A stretch of 64,000 nucleotides of DNA, taken from positions 1 to 64,000 of IMG/VR virus record IMGVR_UViG_3300032007_000054. One strand, written 5' to 3'. Source of the DNA: a virus. Taxonomy: Duplodnaviria; Caudoviricetes. This document shows positions 1 to 7,594 of the stretch, in pieces (position 1 is the first letter of the stretch; the number at the start of each line of letters is the position of its first letter). The notes beneath the pieces are model-generated. The model saw only the letters and a program-made list of their open reading frames with translations, was not told where the DNA came from and did not search any database. The position numbers and the translations under genes were made by a program.

Positions 1-47
1 CTCCAAAAATTCCCCGGGGGACATTTGGGGATTCGTTTTATATTTTA

Positions 48-84
48 GAGAGGCCGTGTTAGACGCATGGCCTCTTTATTTTTT
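48..84 (+). terminator. Intrinsic terminator-like hairpin
   Basis: AGAGGCC-gtgttagacgcat-GGCCTCT followed by ttattttttt. Confidence 0.6.
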
Positions 85-208
85 GTTAGAAGGTTCCTTT
101 AGGGGCTTAAAGTGACATTTGTTTCCTTTCGTTCCTGCACATTTGTTTGATGACTTGGTTTTGTACTCCTTTCTAAAGTACTTTGAGCCCCTGAAAGTGC
201 CTTCTAAC
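85..208 (+). ncRNA. Long imperfect stem-loop, candidate antisense sRNA or leader RNA
   Basis: GTTAGAAGG(85-93)/CCTTCTAAC(200-208) and AGGGGCTTAAAGT(101-113)/ACTTTGAGCCCCT(180-192) pair; pyrimidine-rich loop. Confidence 0.45.
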
Positions 209-232
209 TGGTAACAAACTTGAGGTAAGCAT

Positions 233-574
233 ATGAGAAAGAGAGAGAAGGAAATCGATACTCCGGTAAAGCATAAAAGAAGACCGGGAATGTCGGTCGA
301 AGCTCGTGAAAATCAGCTTATTTCGCTTGCCGTAGATCTTGCTGAAAAGCAATTAATGGAAGGAACCGCTTCCTCGCAGGTAATTACACATTATCTGAAG
401 CTTGGTTCAACCAAAGAAAGAATTGAAAAAGAAATTTTGGAAAAGCAAAAAGAGTTGATCGAAGCGAAGACAGAAGCATTGCATTCTGCAAAGCGTATGG
501 AAGAATTGTATGCAAATGCGCTCAGTGCCATGCGTAATTATCGCGGAGAAGAAGACTCAGATGAAGATGAATGA
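233..574 (+). CDS. Conserved phage protein, possible terminase small subunit
   Basis: 113 aa helical ORF, first gene of packaging module upstream of HNH and TerL; function inferred from position only. Confidence 0.5.
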   Translation: MRKREKEIDTPVKHKRRPGMSVEARENQLISLAVDLAEKQLMEGTASSQVITHYLKLGSTKERIEKEILEKQKELIEAKTEALHSAKRMEELYANALSAMRNYRGEEDSDEDE

Positions 575-1005
575 TTTTTATGCGAACATATTCAGAACTA
601 ATTAAGCTTCCAACTTTTAAACAAAGATTCAATTATTTAAAACTGAATGGCATGATCGGTGAAGAAACTTTCGGATTTGATCGTTGGCTGAATCAGGTCT
701 TTTATACTTCTCCGGAATGGCGAAGAGTTCGTGATATTGTTATTGTTAGAGATAACGGAAATGATCTTGGATTAGATGGTTTTCGAATCGGAGGAAAGAT
801 CCTGATTCATCATATGAATCCGATCACCTATCATGATATTGTTCATCGGGAAGAAGACATCCTGAATCCGGAGTATCTGATCTGTGTTTCGCATAGAACG
901 CATCAGGCAATCCATTATGGGAATGAAGATCTGCTCCCTGCGGATCCTGTTGAACGCAGACCGAATGACACTTGTCCTTGGAGGAAAGATGGGGAATCAA
1001 AATAG
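571..1005 (+). CDS. HNH endonuclease (packaging-associated)
   Basis: IHHMNP...LICVSHRTHQAIH HNH-type motif; located near terminase. Confidence 0.8.
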   Translation: MIFMRTYSELIKLPTFKQRFNYLKLNGMIGEETFGFDRWLNQVFYTSPEWRRVRDIVIVRDNGNDLGLDGFRIGGKILIHHMNPITYHDIVHREEDILNPEYLICVSHRTHQAIHYGNEDLLPADPVERRPNDTCPWRKDGESK

Positions 1006-1240
1006 TTCTAAAGGAACTGTAGTTAATTGTCTTTGGTGCTACATCTATGAACGTGAAGATATTTTATCAAATGTATTGGGCGCATTTCCAATGTTGAAAC
1101 AAGTGGACGTTCTGGAGAATTATGCAATAGATCCGTCATTTTATGCTGTTATTACCAACGATGAAAAAATTGGATATTGCCTGAAAGATTATATTGTTTT
1201 ACATAATTATTCCACGATGGGAGAAAGCGATAATGGATGA
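989..1240 (+). CDS. Small SH3-like phage protein
   Basis: ATG 989 with GGAGGA RBS; GTVVNC...FYAVIT...IGYCLKDYI pattern resembles SH3b folds. Confidence 0.45.
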   Translation: MGNQNSSKGTVVNCLWCYIYEREDILSNVLGAFPMLKQVDVLENYAIDPSFYAVITNDEKIGYCLKDYIVLHNYSTMGESDNG

Positions 1241-1577
1241 AAGCATTTTAAATTCAATTAAAAAGCTGCTCGGTATCGCGGAATTCGATACCAGTTTTGA
1301 TCAAGATATTATTATGGATATTAATACGATTTTGGGAATTCTCTGGCAGATGGGGGTAGGTCCTGCATCTCCTTTTCGGATTACGGGTCCGATCGAAACC
1401 TGGTCTGATTTTATGGATGATATGACCAAAATCGAATTTGTGAAATCATTTATTCATCTTCGAGTAGCTCAATTATTTGATCCGGCCACAAGCTCTTCAG
1501 TTGATGAGAGTCGGAATAATCTGATTAAAGAACTGGAATGGCGGCTGTATACGGCTGGAGATAGCGATATTATTTAA
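1233..1577 (+). CDS. Head-tail connector/adaptor-like protein
   Basis: MDESILNSIKKLLGI...ELEWRL, helical gp6-like pattern; ATG at 1233. Confidence 0.6.
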   Translation: MDESILNSIKKLLGIAEFDTSFDQDIIMDINTILGILWQMGVGPASPFRITGPIETWSDFMDDMTKIEFVKSFIHLRVAQLFDPATSSSVDESRNNLIKELEWRLYTAGDSDII

Positions 1578-1900
1578 AATATTATTTTACCAATTATCCA
1601 AAAAAGAAATATGCCCAAAGCAATTGCGATTATTGGTCCTAAAAAATGTAATAAAAGGATTGCAATAGTTTCTCGAGAATCGTTTTTGTCTATTTCTTTT
1701 TGGAGTTTTAATTTTTCGAGTTGATGATCTTGAATTAATTTAATTTGCTTTGTTTTTTCTTTTTCAGCGATAATATTTTGCATTTGGTCTAAATCAAATA
1801 ATAATTTTTTGCCGCAATAAGGACAATATGCAATTAAGTTATCAATGTCTAATTCGAGATTTGCTTTGCAGCTTGGGCATTCCATTGAAATTAATTTCAT
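1574..1900 (-). CDS. Zinc-ribbon plus C-terminal transmembrane protein (moron-like)
   Basis: CPSC...CPYCG zinc ribbon, coiled coil, C-terminal hydrophobic helix; opposite strand to neighbours; AT-rich. Confidence 0.75.
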   Translation of the reverse strand: MKLISMECPSCKANLELDIDNLIAYCPYCGKKLLFDLDQMQNIIAEKEKTKQIKLIQDHQLEKLKLQKEIDKNDSRETIAILLLHFLGPIIAIALGIFLFWIIGKIIF

Positions 1901-1916
1901 AAGAATATTTTATCAT
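1901..1916 (-). promoter_or_regulatory. Extended -10 promoter, probably giving a leaderless mRNA
   Basis: Minus strand reads TG-a-TAAAAT-attctt-ATG; no SD upstream. Confidence 0.45.
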
Positions 1917-1984
1917 ATAAAAACTCAATGGAGATCATATTTGAAGCATCTCCTATTTTTTATTTTAACAGGAGGTGATATAAA

Positions 1985-2659
1985 ATGACATCTGATGAAT
2001 TGAAGCATTGGGGAATTCTTGGCATGAAATGGGGCGTTCGTCGTTATCAGAATGAAGACGGTTCCTTAACAGCTGCTGGTAGAATTCGATATGGTGTTGG
2101 TGAATCAAAAAATTTATCGAATAATATTGGCAGCAAAATGTCTGACGAAGAAATTAGAAAAATGACAAAACGATATCAAGCAGAAGCAGCTTTTTATAAT
2201 GCAAGAAATGACAGTATTAAAGCAGAAGCTTACTATCGAGAATTAACAGCTCCAAAAAAGAAAACGAACACGTTTTTATATAAATCTTTTGTCGAACCAA
2301 CGCAACAATTATTAGGGAAAACGGTTCAGTTTAGTGAATATGGTGCTATTGATGCTTTGTTGAAAAGTTTAGGAATAAATATTCCTGAAAAGTATATGGA
2401 TGATTATATGAAATATGCTTTTAATATTAATAACAAAGACGATAAAGACGATAAGAAAAAAGATGATAAGAAAAAAGATGATAATTCCCAGAAACAGAAT
2501 GACAATAATACTTATAACACTTATAACTATTATACGCAGCCTAACACAAAATCTGAAAAGCAAAAAAAAGAGCCAATCATTGATGGTGATTGGAAAGTAG
2601 TTGAAGATGATTCTGGAAAGACGATCGTCATTTTTGATCCGGATAATAAAGTAAAATAA
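1985..2659 (+). CDS. ELKHWGxxGMKWG-motif virion-associated protein
   Basis: N-terminal ELKHWGILGMKWGVRRYQN; GGAGG RBS; K/D-rich low-complexity tract. Confidence 0.75.
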   Translation: MTSDELKHWGILGMKWGVRRYQNEDGSLTAAGRIRYGVGESKNLSNNIGSKMSDEEIRKMTKRYQAEAAFYNARNDSIKAEAYYRELTAPKKKTNTFLYKSFVEPTQQLLGKTVQFSEYGAIDALLKSLGINIPEKYMDDYMKYAFNINNKDDKDDKKKDDKKKDDNSQKQNDNNTYNTYNYYTQPNTKSEKQKKEPIIDGDWKVVEDDSGKTIVIFDPDNKVK

Positions 2660-4401
2660 TGCTCTCCAATACCGCTACTCCACGCTACTATGGTGAGTTT
2701 CGTCAGAAGGTGTTGCGTGGTGAGATCCCGGTATGTAAAGAGATCTCAATGGAAATGAACCGTATCGACGACCTGATACGGGACCGCAATATTTATTATG
2801 ATGATCAAGCCGTAGAAGGCTTTATTTCTTATTGTGAAAATGAATTGACCCTGACTGATGGCACGGATCTGCATCTCCTGGACACTTTTAAACTCTGGGC
2901 AGAACAGATATTTGGCTGGTATTACTTTGTAGATCGAAGTGTTTATCAGCCCAATCCGGATGGTCATGGCGGAAGATACGTAAATAAACGAATTAAAAAA
3001 CGTTTGATCAATAAGCAATACCTGATCGTTGCACGTGGCGCTGCAAAGTCCATGTACGCGTCTTGTATTCAGTCTTATTTTTTGAATGTTGATACATCAA
3101 CTACGCATCAGATCACAACTGCTCCGACAATGAAGCAGGCAGACGAAGTGCTTTCGCCGATTCGAACAGCAATAACGCGGGCCCGAGGTCCGCTTTTTCA
3201 ATTTTTAACGGAAGGTTCACTTCAAAATACCACCGGAAAAAGGATCGAACGTCAGAAGCTTGCTTCTACGAAGAAAGGTATTGAAAATTTTCTTACTGGT
3301 TCTCTTCTTGAGATCCGTCCGATGTCGATTGCAAAATTGAATGGACTTCGTACAAAAGTAAACACTGTCGATGAATGGCTTTCCGGAGATATTCGTGAAG
3401 ATGTTGTTGGTGCAATTGAACAAGGTGCATCCAAGTTGGATGATTATCTGATTCTTGCAATTAGTTCCGAAGGTACTGTTCGGAATGGTGCCGGTGATAC
3501 GATCAAGATGGAATTGATGGATATTCTGAAGGGCGAATATTATGCTCCTCATGTATCGATCTGGTATTATAAACTGGATTCCCTTGATGAAGTAAATAAA
3601 CCGGAAATGTGGATGAAAGCTCAGCCAAATATCGGGAAGACTGTTACTTATGAAGTGTACCAGTTAGATGTTGAGCGTGCAGAGAAAGCTCCTGCTGCAA
3701 GAAATGATATTCTTGCGAAACGGTTTGGTATTCCGATGGAAGGCTATACCTATTACTTTACCTATGAAGAGACAATACCGCATAGGAAACGTGATTTTTG
3801 GAAAATGCCTTGCGCATTGGGATGCGACCTTTCACAGGGGGATGACTTTTGTGCGTTTACGTTTCTTTTCCCATTACGAAACGGATCCTTTGGTGTAAAG
3901 ACAAGAAATTATATTTCAGAGTCTACACTGCATAAACTTCCAGCTGCAATGCGGATCAAATATGACAGCTTCATGAATGAAGGAAGTCTTGTCGTATTAC
4001 CCGGTGCAGTTCTAAATATGATGGAAGTTTACGAAGATCTTGATGAGCATATTCAGAAATGTCAGTATGATGTTCGTTGTGTTGGATACGATCCTTATAA
4101 CGCCCGTGATTTTATTGAACGCTGGGCACAGGAAAACGGATCTTTTGGTATTGAGAAGGTGAAGCAGGGCGCCCGGACAGAATCTGTACCCTTAGGAGAA
4201 TTAAAGAAACTTTCCGAAGAAGGTATGTTGCTCTTTGATGAAGAGTTGATGTCTTTTACAATGGGTAACTGTATCACGATTGAGGATACAAATGGTAACA
4301 GAAAACTTTTGAAGAAACGATACGATCAGAAGATTGATGCGGTAGCAGCTATGATGGATGCTTATGTCGCCTTTAAACTGAATCGTGAAGCATTTGAGTG
4401 A
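2659..4401 (+). CDS. terL: Terminase large subunit
   Basis: 580 aa; Walker A-like VARGAAKS, Walker B NTVDEW, nuclease GCDLSQGDD, C-terminal KIDAVAAMMDA. Confidence 0.92.
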   Translation: MLSNTATPRYYGEFRQKVLRGEIPVCKEISMEMNRIDDLIRDRNIYYDDQAVEGFISYCENELTLTDGTDLHLLDTFKLWAEQIFGWYYFVDRSVYQPNPDGHGGRYVNKRIKKRLINKQYLIVARGAAKSMYASCIQSYFLNVDTSTTHQITTAPTMKQADEVLSPIRTAITRARGPLFQFLTEGSLQNTTGKRIERQKLASTKKGIENFLTGSLLEIRPMSIAKLNGLRTKVNTVDEWLSGDIREDVVGAIEQGASKLDDYLILAISSEGTVRNGAGDTIKMELMDILKGEYYAPHVSIWYYKLDSLDEVNKPEMWMKAQPNIGKTVTYEVYQLDVERAEKAPAARNDILAKRFGIPMEGYTYYFTYEETIPHRKRDFWKMPCALGCDLSQGDDFCAFTFLFPLRNGSFGVKTRNYISESTLHKLPAAMRIKYDSFMNEGSLVVLPGAVLNMMEVYEDLDEHIQKCQYDVRCVGYDPYNARDFIERWAQENGSFGIEKVKQGARTESVPLGELKKLSEEGMLLFDEELMSFTMGNCITIEDTNGNRKLLKKRYDQKIDAVAAMMDAYVAFKLNREAFE

Positions 4402-4415
4402 GGAGGTGACAGATA

Positions 4416-5183
4416 ATGCTTGATCCTGTTGATGAAAATATTTATCAAAATGATGAATTGAAGCATTGGGGAATTATTGGTATGAAATGGGGTATAAGGC
4501 GTTATCAAAATCCTGATGGCACACTTACTCCTGAAGGAAGAGAAAGATATTTAAAAACCGGTTCTGATGGTAAGAAAACATTAACCGAAGAAGGATACAG
4601 GAAATTTTTTAATCGAGAAAATCAAGAATCAAAATCTGGAAAAGCTAGAAATATCGGACTAATGAGTGGTTTAGTTGGCGCTGGAACTGTTGCGGGATCT
4701 TTTACTCCAATGGGTGCTGCAGGTGGTGCTGCTATTGGTAGTGCTTTAGCAATTGCTGCTGGTTTTGCAGCTATGGATCCGAAAACGAAAAAAGGGTTGA
4801 CTAGAGAAGGTGGTAAATTCTTTTATGATACTGAAACCGGTCAATTAACTGATGAAGCTAAACAAATGATTTTTGATGATACGACTTTTTTGACAGATTT
4901 AGGAGCAAGATGGATTACAGAGCAGTATGATCCAGCAATTCATCCGGAAGTTAGATCCTCTCCAGAATACAAAGTTAGTAAAATGTCAAGAGAAATGAAT
5001 CAAGAATTAAATACTTATATTGCGGAAAATATTTTACCAATATGTAAAGATATGCCTGTCAATGATTATCTATTAAATGAATGGTATTCGGAAAATAGAT
5101 CAAAAGAGGCGGATGCTTATTATAAATATGCAGAGCAATTAAGTAAGAAATATTATGATAGAGCAATGAAAGAACTTAAATAG
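4416..5183 (+). CDS. ELKHWGxxGMKWG-motif protein with hydrophobic segment
   Basis: ELKHWGIIGMKWGIRRYQNPDGTLT; Gly/Ala hydrophobic stretch. Confidence 0.75.
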   Translation: MLDPVDENIYQNDELKHWGIIGMKWGIRRYQNPDGTLTPEGRERYLKTGSDGKKTLTEEGYRKFFNRENQESKSGKARNIGLMSGLVGAGTVAGSFTPMGAAGGAAIGSALAIAAGFAAMDPKTKKGLTREGGKFFYDTETGQLTDEAKQMIFDDTTFLTDLGARWITEQYDPAIHPEVRSSPEYKVSKMSREMNQELNTYIAENILPICKDMPVNDYLLNEWYSENRSKEADAYYKYAEQLSKKYYDRAMKELK

Positions 5184-5196
5184 TGGAGGAATAAAC

Positions 5197-6234
5197 ATGG
5201 CATCCGAAGATAAATATTATATTATTGATGGAACCCTTTTTCATGCCGACCAGGTTGATGAATTGTATCATGCCGGTCGTGTTGGCATGAAATGGGGTAA
5301 ACATTTACCCGGTACAACTTGGTGGAAAGAAGATATTTATGCAAAAGGAATGAAACCTTCTGCTGAAAATTACGATCCAAGTGCATCCATTAAATATCGT
5401 GGTGGAAATAGTGGAAAAGCTAATCCGAGTATTCCTAATAAATATACAACTCAGGCTCTTTATCGTCAAACAGCTAGAGCTCGTTTAGGTGCTGGTCATG
5501 GCGGAAGATCAAATAGCCAGATTGTTGAAGATGGAGCAGGAAAAGGTAAGTATCATACTGTAGCCGGTCGTGCTGGACAGGCAGCTCGTAATGCTGGATC
5601 ATCAGTAAGCAATGCTGCCAAAAGAGCTCAATTTTATGCAACGAATTCTAATGCTCGATCTTGGGCTGGTAAATCAGTAAAAAGCAAACTTTCCAGTATG
5701 TGGAATACCAGTAAGGGTTATGCTACTGATCAGATCAATAAATTTAAAGATTCTGCGAGACAGGCTTATGCCGGTGTTAGAGATATGGTTCACAAATTCT
5801 TTGAAACCGGTAATAAAGATTATCGTGATTCAAAGATTGAAAATACCACTGCATTATCTCATCTTGAGCAGTTGATTAAAAAAGAACAGCGTGAAGCAGC
5901 TCATAGTTATGTAACATCTAAAGTAAAAGGTGGAGTTGGAAACACTATTAATTCGTTTATTCAGTCCGCACAGATGCGTGTTGCTATGGGAGTAAATAAT
6001 TTTCTGAATAATATCGGTATGTCCAAACAGGTTGATAAATTCCTTAGTAAATTTATGGGGAATAGTAAGAAAATTACTGCTCAAAATAATGTTGCAAGAT
6101 ATCAGATGAATAAAACTAATAGTGGATATAATCGTGCAGAAGCTAATATGCAGCCCACTTCAAGTCTTCCGAGAAAGAAGATTAAAGGGTCTACTAAGAG
6201 TGCACGTACACAAGGTTACGGAACAAGAGTTTAA
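5197..6234 (+). CDS. GMKWG-motif basic protein
   Basis: ELYHAGRVGMKWG; basic, G/A/S/N-rich. Confidence 0.7.
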   Translation: MASEDKYYIIDGTLFHADQVDELYHAGRVGMKWGKHLPGTTWWKEDIYAKGMKPSAENYDPSASIKYRGGNSGKANPSIPNKYTTQALYRQTARARLGAGHGGRSNSQIVEDGAGKGKYHTVAGRAGQAARNAGSSVSNAAKRAQFYATNSNARSWAGKSVKSKLSSMWNTSKGYATDQINKFKDSARQAYAGVRDMVHKFFETGNKDYRDSKIENTTALSHLEQLIKKEQREAAHSYVTSKVKGGVGNTINSFIQSAQMRVAMGVNNFLNNIGMSKQVDKFLSKFMGNSKKITAQNNVARYQMNKTNSGYNRAEANMQPTSSLPRKKIKGSTKSARTQGYGTRV

Positions 6235-6240
6235 TAGATT

Positions 6241-7506
6241 ATGGAGTTAACATTCTCAGCCAGGCTGAAACAGGCCTGGAATGCTTTTTTAAATAATAAG
6301 GATCCGACGCTTCCGGAATTTCGAGATATTGGATCGTCTTATGCGGTTCGACCTGATCGCCCCCGGTTAACGCCTGGGAATGAGCGCTCCATTATTACTT
6401 CTGTAGTTAACCGGATCGCTTTAGATGTTGCCGCAGTTCGTATTCGTCATATCCGTACAAACGAGAATGATCAATATCTTGGAGAAATAAATTCTTCACT
6501 GAATAATTGTTTGAGTCTTGAAGCAAATATTGATCAGACTGGGCGTGCTTTTATTCAGGATGTTGTTATGTCAATGCTCGATGAAGGTACGGTAGCTATT
6601 GTTCCGATCGATACTTCTGTGGATCCACGTCAAAATAATTCATATGAGATCCATACAATGCGCACCGGAAAGATTGTCGAATGGTATCCGCAGCATGTAA
6701 GAGTCAGCGTTTATAATGACAGAACCGGTCAGAAAGAAGAACTTGTTCTTCCGAAGACCAGCGTCGGTATTATTGAAAACCCGCTTTATGCGGTAATGAA
6801 TGAACGGAACTCAACGCTTCAGCGTCTTATCCGAAAACTGAATCTTTTGGATGTGATTGATGAACAAAGCGGTTCCGGAAAATTGGATCTGATTATTCAG
6901 CTTCCTTATGTGATCAAAAATGAAGCACGAAAAGAACAGGCTGAAAAGCGCAGGAAAGATATCGAACAGCAGCTTGCCGGATCAAAATACGGCATAGCTT
7001 ACACGGATGGTACTGAAAAAATTACGCAGTTGAATCGTACTGTGGAAAACAATCTGATGGGTCAGATTGAATACTTGACGAGTATGCTATATAGCCAGTT
7101 AGGGATCAATCAGGCAGTGTTGGATGGCACAGCAGATGCGATGTCAATGTTGAATTATAACAATCGTACCATTGAGCCGATTCTTTCTGCGATCTGTGAT
7201 GAATTAAAGCGAAAGTTTTTGACGAAGACTGCTCGGACTCAAGGACAGTCGATCAAGTTCTTTATCGATGCGTTCCGCTTTGTTACATTGAATGACCTTG
7301 CCGGTTCTGCTGATGCTCTTTCCAGGAATGCCATTGTTGCTCCGAATGAGTTCAGACAGATTATCGGTATGAAACCCGCTGAAGATCCTCAGGCGGACAT
7401 GCTGATGAATCGTAACATGCCGCAAGAAGGATATGAGGAAGAAGATCCAGAAGCTTATCCTGAAGAGGAATTGGAACCGAATCAGGAAGAATACGAAACT
7501 GAATAA
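6241..7506 (+). CDS. Portal protein
   Basis: 421 aa between TerL region and capsid; portal-like motifs; acidic C-terminal tail. Confidence 0.88.
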   Translation: MELTFSARLKQAWNAFLNNKDPTLPEFRDIGSSYAVRPDRPRLTPGNERSIITSVVNRIALDVAAVRIRHIRTNENDQYLGEINSSLNNCLSLEANIDQTGRAFIQDVVMSMLDEGTVAIVPIDTSVDPRQNNSYEIHTMRTGKIVEWYPQHVRVSVYNDRTGQKEELVLPKTSVGIIENPLYAVMNERNSTLQRLIRKLNLLDVIDEQSGSGKLDLIIQLPYVIKNEARKEQAEKRRKDIEQQLAGSKYGIAYTDGTEKITQLNRTVENNLMGQIEYLTSMLYSQLGINQAVLDGTADAMSMLNYNNRTIEPILSAICDELKRKFLTKTARTQGQSIKFFIDAFRFVTLNDLAGSADALSRNAIVAPNEFRQIIGMKPAEDPQADMLMNRNMPQEGYEEEDPEAYPEEELEPNQEEYETE

Positions 7507-7536
7507 ATAATTCAAAATGGAATAAGTGAGATAAAA

Positions 7537-7562
7537 ACGGCCCGAATAGGGCTTTTTTGTTT
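7537..7562 (+). terminator. Intrinsic terminator
   Basis: GCCC-gaata-GGGC followed by ttttttgttt. Confidence 0.55.
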
Positions 7563-7594
7563 AAAAAACTTAGTCCATGGTTTTAGAGGTGAGT

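Noticed and set aside
2436-2486. Short tandem repeat (AAAGATGATAAG-like) as a contingency locus
   Set aside because: The repeat is degenerate and in frame, and simply encodes a K/D low-complexity tract; nothing suggests phase variation.
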